Assembly: GCA_963759265.1 (NCBI GenBank)
Contig: CAVWYR010000002.1
Coordinates: 311,408-375,407 of the forward strand
DNA: 64,000 nucleotides
Direction of reading: 5' to 3'
Source of the DNA: an uncultured Solirubrobacteraceae bacterium
Lineage (GTDB): Bacteria > Actinomycetota > Thermoleophilia > Solirubrobacterales > Solirubrobacteraceae
The notes below the pieces were generated by a model. It saw only the letters and a list, made by a program, of their open reading frames with translations, ran no database searches and had not been told where the DNA came from. Positions 55,610-64,000 of this stretch are shown piece after piece. The position numbers were made by a program, and so were the translations under genes. Numbering within the stretch: the stretch's first letter is position 1; the number at the start of each line of letters is the position of its first letter.

Positions 55610-58174
55610 CTACTCGTACTGCAGCGCCTCGAGTACGTTCAGCCGCGCCGCGCGCCTGGCCGGGAAGATCGCCGCGAGCAGGCCGACGACGATCGCGGCG
55701 ATCACGAACACCACGAGCGTGCCGATCGGGATCGTGAACGCGGGGTATTCGATCGCCTGCCCGACCATCAGCGCAAGCACGATCCCGAGCGGGATCCCGA
55801 GCGCCGCACCGATCAGCGCCGTCACGACGCTCTCCGCGCGAATCATGCGCCGAAGCTGGCGGCGGGTCATGCCGACTGCGCGCAGCATCCCGATCTCGCG
55901 TGTGCGTTCGAACACGGTCAGCACGAGCGTGTTTACGATGCCGAACAGGCTGACGATGATCGACAGCGAGAGCAGCACGTACAGGAGGTTCAGCAGCGTG
56001 TCGATGCCTTTCTCCTGATTGTGCTTGAACTGGGTCTCCGTCTGGATCTTCGCGTCCGGATACCCCGTCAGCGCGGCTTCGAGCTTTTGCGTGTTCGCGG
56101 CGCTCGCGCCGCCCGCGATGTCCACGAACGTGAACACGCTCTGCGGGTTCTCGTATTCGGCGTTGAAGCGCGTGTTCGAGATCGTCACGTCGCCGTACGG
56201 CGAGCCTCCCTTCGGCGGCGAGGTGAGACCGCGCACGTGCAGCTGCATGTCCGCGCCCGCGGGCGTCTCGACGAGCAGCGTCGAGCCCACGCGGAGATGG
56301 TGGCTTTTCGCGTATTCCTTGGACATGAACGTGCCGTCTTCGCCCAGCTCGGCGGGGACCGCCTGCGATCCGCTGTGCCACTTGACCTTGATGACCCTGC
56401 TGATGTCGGGCGCCACGCCGCTGACGGTGATTTTTTCGCCGAACGCCTTGCCCGAGCCGGCGAGCACGCCCGAGACGACTTCCACTCCCGGCACGCCCTT
56501 CAGCGCCTGCCCCGCCGTCGCCGAGATCGGCGTGAAGTTGTTCGTCGCCGTGAGCGCGTAGTCGGCGTTGAAGACTTCGTTGACCGACCCTTCGAAGGTC
56601 GACTTCAGCCCCGCCGCGAGCACCGACACGAGCGTCACCAGCGCGAGCCCGATCATCAGCGCCGACGCCGTCGAGGCGGTGCGCGTCGGGTTGCGCATGG
56701 CGTTGGCGCGCGCCAGCCGCCCGCCAGCCCCGCCGAGCTTGCTCGCGGGCCATCCGAGGACCGAGGCAAGCGGACGTACGAGCGTCTTCGCGAGCATCGC
56801 CACGCCGACGAACAGAGCAGCCGCCCCCACGCCGATCGCGAGCAGGCGCTGCCCCGTCGACAGCGAGTTGAGGAACAGCCCGATCAACATCAGCGCGACC
56901 GCGACCGCGATCGTCAGCAGAGCGGCGTAGGGCCCGAAGCGCGCGAAACGTGACGGCGGCAGCAGCGCCCCCTCGCGCACGGCTGCGATCGGCGGCACCC
57001 GCGTCGCGCGGACGGCGGGGCGCAGCGCGGCGAGCATCGTGATCACGACGCCGACGAGGATCGAGACGATCACCGTCCTCGTCGCAAACACCGTCGCGGC
57101 CTGGGGAAGGTCGATCCCGAACGACACGAACAGCGAGTTCAGCCCCTTCGCCAGCCCCAGCCCGAGGAACAGCCCCACGACGGAGGCGAGCAGGCCGAGG
57201 ATGAAGGCTTCCACCAGCACCGAGCGCAGCACCTGGCGGCGAGTTGCCCCGAGCGTGCGCAGCGTGGCGAGCTCGCGCGTTCGCTGCGCGATCGTGATCG
57301 ACAGCGTGTTCGCGATCACGAAGCTGCCGACGAACAGCGCGACGCCGGCGAACGCGAGCAGGAAGTCCTGGATGATCGTGAGGAAGCCGTTGGTGTTGCT
57401 CGTCGCCTTCTGCGCCTGCTGTTGGCCCGTGCGCACCTGGGTGTTCGAGGGCAGCAGCGGTCGCACTTCGCGCACGAGCTGCGCCGACGTGTAGCCATGC
57501 TTGGCGGCGATCGAGATCGTGTCGAGCTCGCCCTGCTTGTGGAACAGCTGCTGCGCGACCGGGAAGTCGAAGATCGCCATCGTCGCGCCCCCCAGCGAGG
57601 AGACGCCGCCGATCTTGGCGATCCCGGCGATGCGGTACTGCTGCTCGGCGCCGCGGGCGATCACGCCGATCGACTGACCCACGGCGTAGTGATGCTTTTC
57701 AGCGGTGTTGGCGTCGATCACGACCTGATCGGGTCCCGACGGCCACGTGCCGGCGACGAGCGTGAGTGGGTTGAAGCGCTGGTCTCCGTGCGGGTGGACG
57801 CTGTAGGCGAGACCGGGTGCGCCGCCGGTCCCGATCACCTTGCCGTTGCGTCCCACGAGGTGCGCGCGATCCTGAACCCCTCCCTGTGCTTCGGCGACGC
57901 TCGGCAGGGCCCGCACCTTTGCCAGCAGCGATTCGGAGAACGCGGGCGTCTCGCCTTCTTCCTGTTCTTCGCTTTCGCCGATCGCGCTCTTACCCGTGAT
58001 GACGCCGTCGGTGTTCTTGTAGACCTGCGTGAAGACGGTCCCGAAGGCGCTCTTGATCGTGTCCGTGAGGATGTAGGTGCCGCTGATCATCGCGACGCCG
58101 AGGACGATCGCGAGCGCGGTCAGGGCCGCGCGCAGCTTGCGCCCGGCGAGGCCTTTGAGGGCGACGCGGATCAC
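55610..58174 (-). CDS. ABC transporter permease, FtsX/MacB-type with two FtsX modules (854 aa)
   Basis: [30 protein letters not shown]... with large extracytoplasmic loops. A repeated FtsX core is present (RTRELATLRTLGATRRQV and RTREIGMLRAVGMTRRQL). GTGA overlap with the ATPase stop. Confidence 0.85.
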   Translation of the reverse strand: MIRVALKGLAGRKLRAALTALAIVLGVAMISGTYILTDTIKSAFGTVFTQVYKNTDGVITGKSAIGESEEQEEGETPAFSESLLAKVRALPSVAEAQGGVQDRAHLVGRNGKVIGTGGAPGLAYSVHPHGDQRFNPLTLVAGTWPSGPDQVVIDANTAEKHHYAVGQSIGVIARGAEQQYRIAGIAKIGGVSSLGGATMAIFDFPVAQQLFHKQGELDTISIAAKHGYTSAQLVREVRPLLPSNTQVRTGQQQAQKATSNTNGFLTIIQDFLLAFAGVALFVGSFVIANTLSITIAQRTRELATLRTLGATRRQVLRSVLVEAFILGLLASVVGLFLGLGLAKGLNSLFVSFGIDLPQAATVFATRTVIVSILVGVVITMLAALRPAVRATRVPPIAAVREGALLPPSRFARFGPYAALLTIAVAVALMLIGLFLNSLSTGQRLLAIGVGAAALFVGVAMLAKTLVRPLASVLGWPASKLGGAGGRLARANAMRNPTRTASTASALMIGLALVTLVSVLAAGLKSTFEGSVNEVFNADYALTATNNFTPISATAGQALKGVPGVEVVSGVLAGSGKAFGEKITVSGVAPDISRVIKVKWHSGSQAVPAELGEDGTFMSKEYAKSHHLRVGSTLLVETPAGADMQLHVRGLTSPPKGGSPYGDVTISNTRFNAEYENPQSVFTFVDIAGGASAANTQKLEAALTGYPDAKIQTETQFKHNQEKGIDTLLNLLYVLLSLSIIVSLFGIVNTLVLTVFERTREIGMLRAVGMTRRQLRRMIRAESVVTALIGAALGIPLGIVLALMVGQAIEYPAFTIPIGTLVVFVIAAIVVGLLAAIFPARRAARLNVLEALQYE

Positions 58175-58932
58175 GCCGAGAGTTCGGCCATCACGGCGAG
58201 CACCTCCGCCGCGGTCGCGCCGGCGAGCTGCTTGACGATCTGCCCGTCGGCGATGAACAGGATCCGGTCCGCGATCGCCGCCGCGCGGGGGTCGTGCGTC
58301 ACCATGATCGTCGTTTGACCGTAGGCGTCGACCGAGTCGCGCATCAGCGCGAGAATCTCCTCGCCGGTTTTCGAGTCGAGGTTGCCGGTCGGCTCGTCCG
58401 CGAGCAGGATCGTCGGTCGGGTGACGAGGGCGCGGGCGATCGCCACGCGTTGCTGCTCGCCTCCAGAGAGCTCGGATGGCCGGTGGCTGCGCCGCCCCGC
58501 GAGGCCCACCTTCGAGATCAGCTCCTCGACCCACTCGCCGTCGGGCTTCTCGCCGGCGATCGACAGCGGCAGCACGATGTTCTCCTCGGCGTCGAGCATC
58601 GGCAGCAGGTTGAAGAACTGGAAGATGAAGCCGATGTGCGCGCGGCGCAATCGCGTCAGGGCCGAGTCGTCGAGCGTGCCGAGCTCCGTCCCGGCGATCT
58701 TGACCGTGCCCGAGGTCGGCTTGTCGAGACCGGCAAGGAGGTGCATCAGCGTCGACTTGCCCGAGCCCGAGGGGCCCATCACGGCGACGAGCTCGCGCGA
58801 CAGGACATCGAGATCGACGCCGCGCAGGGCTTGGACCGCCGTAGCGCCCTCGCCGTAGCTGCGCGCGAGCGCACGCGCTGCCACGGGTGCGGCTGCGGGC
58901 GCCTCGGCGGTGGTCGGTGCGGCTGTAGACAT
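58171..58932 (-). CDS. ABC transporter ATP-binding protein (MacB/LolD-type)
   Basis: Walker [10 protein letters not shown], signature [15 protein letters not shown], Walker [13 protein letters not shown]. 253 aa. Confidence 0.9.
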   Translation of the reverse strand: MSTAAPTTAEAPAAAPVAARALARSYGEGATAVQALRGVDLDVLSRELVAVMGPSGSGKSTLMHLLAGLDKPTSGTVKIAGTELGTLDDSALTRLRRAHIGFIFQFFNLLPMLDAEENIVLPLSIAGEKPDGEWVEELISKVGLAGRRSHRPSELSGGEQQRVAIARALVTRPTILLADEPTGNLDSKTGEEILALMRDSVDAYGQTTIMVTHDPRAAAIADRILFIADGQIVKQLAGATAAEVLAVMAELSA

Positions 58933-59041
58933 CGGCTCATCAAGCTAGCTGATGTGGCCGGCGGTATGCCGCTACTCTTGCCTCCTCGCCGTGTTCCCGG
59001 TGGAAGTGACCCTGTCCCCGCCACGTTCGGAAAGGAAATCC

Positions 59042-59410
59042 ATGAAGCGATTCAGCCGCGTCGCAGCCATTGCACTCGTGCTCGCAGCAGCGACAGTTGC
59101 CCCCGCCGCGGCCTCTGGCGGGATTTCAGGCACCTACACGACGACCGTCACCTCGGGCAGCCTCAAGGGCACGTACAAGATCCTCTTCACCCCAGGGCAC
59201 TTCGAAGTCAAAGCCCCCTACGGGATCACCGGCAAGGGCACCGACACGATCTCCGGATCGAAGATCACGCTGCACGGTCCCAGCAAAGAATGCACGACGC
59301 CTGGCCTGTACGAATTCAAAATCTCCGGCTCATCGTTGACGTTCAAGAAGATCAAGGACTCGTGCCCGCGGGTGACCGTCATGGTCGGTCATACGTTCAA
59401 GAAGATCTAG
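59042..59410 (+). CDS. Small secreted protein of unknown function (122 aa)
   Basis: MKRFSRVAAIALVLAAATVAPAAASG signal peptide with GGAAAGGAAA upstream. The mature part is beta-rich (GTYKILFTPGHFEVKAPYG...). Confidence 0.6.
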   Translation: MKRFSRVAAIALVLAAATVAPAAASGGISGTYTTTVTSGSLKGTYKILFTPGHFEVKAPYGITGKGTDTISGSKITLHGPSKECTTPGLYEFKISGSSLTFKKIKDSCPRVTVMVGHTFKKI

Positions 59411-59430
59411 GCGCGTAGCGCCGAGAAGAT

Positions 59431-60891
59431 CTAGGCCCGCAGCGCCGCCGACCATTCGGCGTCCTCGAGCGGTCCACGTGTGATCCTGCTGCCCCAGCTG
59501 CGTTCGTTGGCGCGATCGAGCCACAGCGCGCGCGCCACGTGCTCGCGTGTCTCGCTCGGCGCGATCACGGCGTCGATCGCGCCGGAGGCGACGGCTGACT
59601 CCGGCGAGAGGCTCTCTTCGGCGTAGCGGCGGATCAGCCGGCCACGCAGCGCGCCGTTCGCCGTCGCGAGCAGCTTGCGGCGGTGGATGATTTCGACGGC
59701 CGCCTCCGGGCCCATGATCCCGATTTCTGCTCGCGGCCAGCAGTACGACGCGTCGGCGCCGAGATCCTTGGAGTTCATCGTGATAAACGCACCGCCGAAG
59801 GCCTTGCGCAGGATCACTGTCGCCCGCGGTGAGCGGGCGGCGGCGAAAGCCTGGACCAGTTCTGCGCCGTGCCTGATCACTCCCGCCGACTCCTGACGGC
59901 TGCCTGGCATGAAGCCCGGCGTGTCCACGAGCACCAGCATCGGGACGCGATAAGCGGCACACGTTCGCACGAACTTCGCACCCTTCTTCGATGCTTCGAC
60001 GTCGATGATGCCGCCACGATGACGAGCCTGATTGGCGATGATCGCGACCGCCTGCCCGTCGATGCGGGCAAAGCCGACGACGATGCTGCGCGCCCACAGC
60101 TCCGAGACCTCCAGGAAGCGACCTCCATCGACCAGTCGCTCGATGACGTCTCGCACGTCGTAGTAGTTGCGGCTCTTCGGCGGCAGCACGTCCGCCGGGT
60201 CACCTCCCATGGGGGGCTCCGCGGGCGCGGCCGGTGAGGACTCCGATGCATTCTGTGGCAGGTAGCCGAGCAGCTCGCGCAGCATCGCGATCGCGCTGTG
60301 ATCGTCAGGAGCGACGAGGTCGCAAACGCCGTTGCGAGCGTGCACGTTCACGCCACCGAGAGCCGCCGTGCTGACCTCCTCGCCGAGCGCGAGCTCGACG
60401 ATGCGGGGGCCGGTCAGGAACATCGAGGACTTGGCGGTCATCATGATGAAGTCGGTCAGCGCCGGCGAGTAGCAGCCGCCACCCGCGGCGGTCCCGGTGA
60501 CCACCGAGATCTGTGGTGAGCGACCGCTGAGCGCGACGTTTTCCGAGAAGATCCGCCCGAAGCCGCCGAGCGCAGCGGCACCCTCCTGCAGCCGCGCCCC
60601 GGCGGACTCGAGAAAGGCCACTAGCGGAACCTGCGCGCGGCGGCTGTAGCGCAGCGCGCGCACGATCACCTCGGCCTCGGCGACGCCGACCGACCCCCCG
60701 GCGATGGCCGAGTCCTGCGCGTAACAGACGATCGGGCGCCCCGCCACGCGCCCGCATGCCGCATACACACCGACGTCGCGGCCGCTGGGCTCCGATACCG
60801 ACTCCAGCGGCCCCAGGCTGCGCGGGTCGCACAGCCACTCCATCCGCTGATAGGGCAGGGGCCGATCTTGATGTGATGGCGGCGGCGACAT
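59431..60891 (-). CDS. Acyl-CoA carboxylase carboxyltransferase (beta) subunit, PccB/AccD family
   Basis: 486 aa with ...GGSVG.AEAE..., TGTAAGGGCYSPALTDF, VGFARIDGQAVAIIANQ and DTPGFMPG. Confidence 0.85.
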   Translation of the reverse strand: MSPPPSHQDRPLPYQRMEWLCDPRSLGPLESVSEPSGRDVGVYAACGRVAGRPIVCYAQDSAIAGGSVGVAEAEVIVRALRYSRRAQVPLVAFLESAGARLQEGAAALGGFGRIFSENVALSGRSPQISVVTGTAAGGGCYSPALTDFIMMTAKSSMFLTGPRIVELALGEEVSTAALGGVNVHARNGVCDLVAPDDHSAIAMLRELLGYLPQNASESSPAAPAEPPMGGDPADVLPPKSRNYYDVRDVIERLVDGGRFLEVSELWARSIVVGFARIDGQAVAIIANQARHRGGIIDVEASKKGAKFVRTCAAYRVPMLVLVDTPGFMPGSRQESAGVIRHGAELVQAFAAARSPRATVILRKAFGGAFITMNSKDLGADASYCWPRAEIGIMGPEAAVEIIHRRKLLATANGALRGRLIRRYAEESLSPESAVASGAIDAVIAPSETREHVARALWLDRANERSWGSRITRGPLEDAEWSAALRA

Positions 60892-61039
60892 GAGAAGAGA
60901 GCGCGGTGCCCGCGCTTTGACGAGACGTGCTGCCTGGACCCGAGGTGGCCGATGGTCTCAATCGGAGATACGGCCGTCCCTGACCCGAAGTAGCCGTAAC
61001 AGATTAGGGTCGCTCACAAGGCCCGGTCAATGCGATTTG

Positions 61040-61096
61040 CACCTTTGGGCAAAGATGGTTTGGAGCGCTTGACCACTCAACCACCTTGGGCCAAAG
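61040..61096. repeat. Two copies of a 15-nt box, each with an internal short palindrome, in the PKS/carboxyltransferase divergent region
   Basis: CACCTTTGGGCAAAG (61040-61054) and CACCTTGGGCCAAAG (61082-61096). Cores are CTTTG-GG-CAAAG and TTGG-G-CCAA. Confidence 0.4.
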
Positions 61097-61147
61097 TCCT
61101 GTCCCGAAGGAGATTTTCCAACTGCAGGAAGCGACGGAGGGCGCAGC

Positions 61148-64000
61148 TTGTTCGACTTCATCATCCTGTGCCCGTCCGGGTCTCCGGACGCCACAGTCCC
61201 GATAGCGGGCAGCCGCGCCGGTGCACTTGGTCTCGTGAACCTCGAGTTCGCCGCCGACCTCGATGCCGGGCTCGCCCAGCTGCGCAGGCTCTGCGAGCTC
61301 GGTCGCGGACGATGCGGTGCATTGGTCGACGATCAGGAGGTGCTCGCGGCCGTGCTCGATGCCGCGCTCGAGGGCCTCGACGTGGTCGTGCTCGCGAACA
61401 CCCCGTTCGATCAGCTGAGCGTGCTCGTGCAACGCGTGCACGAGGCGGGGCTGCAGGCCTACGTCGTGGCGACGCGCTACGACGAGGCCGTGGCCGCGGA
61501 GGACGCCGGAGCGGACGCCGTCATCGCCAAGGGCCACGAGGCGGGCGGATGGATCAGTGACGAAGGCTCGTTCGTGCTCTGCCAGCGACTGCTCGCGAAG
61601 CTGAGCACGCCTGTATACGTACACGGGGGCATCGGCGCACACACGGTCGCGGCAGCGTACGTGTGCGGCGCCGCGGGCGCGGTGCTCGACGCGCAGCTGC
61701 TGCTTGCGCGCGAGTCGCCGCTGCCCGAGGGCCTGAAGGCGGCGCTCGCGGGGGTCGACGGAAGCGAGACGGTGACACTCGGCGCCGAGCTTGGCGCGAC
61801 GTTCCGGGCCTACAGCCGGCAGGGCCCCGGCGAGCTCGAACAGCTGCGCGCGCTGGAGCACGAGCTCACGCCGAGCGCGGAGTCGCTGCGAAGGTGGCGC
61901 AGCGAGGTCAAGACGCTCGTCGGTGAGAGCCCCGTCGACGCGGGGGTGCTCGCGCTCGGGCAGGACGCCGCGCTCGCGGACGATCTGGCGCGGCGCTTCG
62001 GCAACGTCGCCGGGATGATCGACGGTCTGCTGCGCGGCGATCGAGAGCTCATGCGAGACGCTCGCGCAGGGCAACCCGCTGGCGGAGGGCGCCGGCGTGG
62101 CAGAGGCCCACCGCAGCCGCTATCCGATCGTGCAGGGGCCGATGACGCGCGTCAGCGACCGCGCGGAGTTCGCCGCCGCGGTGGCCGCCGGCGGCGCGCT
62201 GCCGTTCCTGGCGCTCGCGCTGATGCGCGCCCCGGAAGCCGACGCGCTGCTGGCCCGCACCGCCGAGCTGGCCGGCGAGCAATCGTGGGGGGTTGGCCTG
62301 CTCGGCTTCGTGCCCGCGGCCCTGCGCGCGGAGCAGCTGCAGGTCGTACGCGCGCACAAACCGCCGTTTGCGCTGATCGCCGGCGGGCGTCCCGACCAGG
62401 CGCGCGAGCTCGAAGCCGACGGAATCGAGACCTACCTGCACGTGCCATCGCCGGGGCTGCTTGAAGCTGTACCTGGCCGATGGGGCGCGACGTTTCGTGT
62501 TCGAGGGGCGCGAGTGTGGCGGCCACGTCGGGCCGCGCACGAGCTTCGTGTTGTGGGACACGATGTTTCGAGTGCTGCTGGAGGAGTGCTCAGGGGACAT
62601 GTCCGACTGCCAGGTGCTGCTCGCCGGCGGGATCCACGACGCGAGATCGGCCGCGATGGCGGCCGCGACGGCCGCAGGCGCAAGTGCGCGTGGAGCCCGG
62701 ATCGGAGCGTTGATGGGCACCGCCTACCTGTTCACGCGCGAGGCGACCGAGTGCGGAGCGATCACGCCGCTGTTCCAGGAGGCGGCGATCAAGGCCGATG
62801 ACACCTCGCTGCTGGAAAGCGGCCCAGGCCACGCCACGCGCTGCCTGCCCTCGCCGTTCGTCGAGTACTTCGACGACGAGCGGCGCAGCATGCGCGCGGC
62901 GGGTCTCGACGCGGAGGAGCTGCGCGGCCGGCTCGAGGAGCTGAACATCGGACGCCTGCGGGTCGCGTCAAAGGGGCTCGACCGCAACAGCGAGTCCGAG
63001 CTCGTCGACGTCGATGCCTCCGAGCAGTGGCAGCGCGGCATGTACATGATCGGCCAGGTCGCGGCGCTGCGCGATCAGGTGACGACCGTCGCGGAGCTGC
63101 ACGGCGAGGTCTCGCTCGCCAGCAGCGAGCTGCTGGCGGAGCTCGCTGCACCCGAGCCACGGTCCGAGCCGCAGCCGCCAGCCGCCCGCGGACGTGGCGA
63201 TCGTCGGCCTCGGCTGCATCCTGCCGAGCGCCCCGGAGGTCGGGACCTTCTGGGCGAACATCCTCGACAAGGTCGACGCAATCGGCGAGATACCCGCTGA
63301 GCGCTGGGACTGGCGTGTCATGTTCGACCCCGACCCGAGCGCGCGCGACAAGGTCTACTCACGCTGGGGCGGGTTCATCGACCCGGTGGCGCTCGAACCC
63401 GATGGCGCTCGGGCTGCCGCCCAAGTCGCTCGACTCGATCGAGCCCTTCCAGCTGCTCGCGCTGCTGTGCGCGCAGGCCGCTCTCGACGACGCGGGCTAT
63501 GCGACGCGGCCGTTCGACCGCGAGCGCACCTCGGTGATCCTCGGTGCCGGCGGCGGGGGGGCCGACAAGTCGGTCGGCTACACCGTGCGCTCGGCGCTGC
63601 CATCGCTGCTCGGCGACGCCCACCCGCAGCTGCAAGAGCAGATCTTCGACGCGCTCCCCGAGTGGACCGAGGACAGCTTCGCCGGGCTGCTGATGAACGT
63701 CGCCTCGGGACGCATCGCCAACCGCCTCGACTTCGGCGGCACCAACTACACCGTCGACGCGGCGTGCGCGTCCTCGCTGAGCGCGATCGGCCTCGGCGCG
63801 CGCGAGCTGCAGATGGGCACCAGCGACATGGTGCTCGCGGGCGGCGTCGATGCGATCCAGAACCCGTTCGCGTACCTGTGCTTCGCCAAGACCCACGCGC
63901 TCTCGCCGACCGGGCACTGCCGGCCGTTCGACGCGGCCGCGGACGGGATCGCGATCAGCGAGGGGTTCGCGACTGTCGTGCTCAAGCGCCTTGCCGACGC
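61148..64000 (+). pseudogene. 5' part of a Pfa-type (PUFA-synthase-like) type I PKS: NMO-like TIM-barrel domain, PfaD-type FMN enoyl reductase, then ketosynthase. Four +1 frameshifts; runs off the window end
   Basis: The reading frame steps +1 at ~62019-62058, ~62458-62464, ~63150-63192 and ~63391-63400. Motifs: YPIVQGPMTRVSD, FVFEGRECGGHVGP, LLAGGIHD and MGTAYLFT (ER); DVAIVGLGCILP, EWTEDSFAGLLMNVASGRIANRLDFGG and TVDAACASSL (KS Cys codon at 63765-63767). TTG start at 61148 is uncertain. Confidence 0.8.

Overview
Very GC-rich chromosomal segment. Codon bias, pervasive 4-nt ATGA/GTGA gene overlaps and the protein families suggest Actinomycetota, possibly Thermoleophilia/Solirubrobacterales-like; this is inference. 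I support about 70 protein-coding genes. I saw no rRNA, tRNA, CRISPR array, transposase, integrase or phage genes. From left to right: a Zur-like regulator with a Tro/Znu-type metal ABC importer and an AT-rich double-palindrome operator; an ABC-2 exporter; typA; a class-III aminotransferase; MgtC; a SigB/F-type sigma with an extended anti-sigma kinase; a 1006-aa secreted protein; an ECF sigma with its YCII partner; ArsR plus SRPBCC; a five-gene partner-switching operon (PP2C, STAS, kinase, PP2C, STAS); small stress-type membrane proteins behind two divergent SigB-like promoters; an ADH; vapBC with DUF167 and GNAT; ppa; a Cache-GGDEF cyclase; glpK; a sulfone/sulfonate sulfur-scavenging cluster (SfnB-like, AmiS/UreI channel, LysR, ribBA, flavin reductase, sfnG, sfnB, ssuD); an M20 peptidase; lepB; an NhaA-DsbA fusion; a PAS-EAL protein; LuxR and TetR regulators; a MacB-type ABC exporter with two methyltransferases; an acyl-CoA carboxyltransferase; and the 5' part of a Pfa-type (PUFA-synthase-like) PKS with N-terminal enoyl-reductase domains. 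The main caveat is that at least ten conserved genes, including glpK and nhaA, are split by single-base indels. These look more like consensus errors than true pseudogenes, but the sequence alone cannot decide. No classic defence island or mobile element is evident. The most novel candidates are the ribBA-containing sulfur operon with an AmiS/UreI channel, the SigB-promoter-driven uncharacterised small proteins, the branched partner-switching operon, and the ER-fused Pfa-type PKS.
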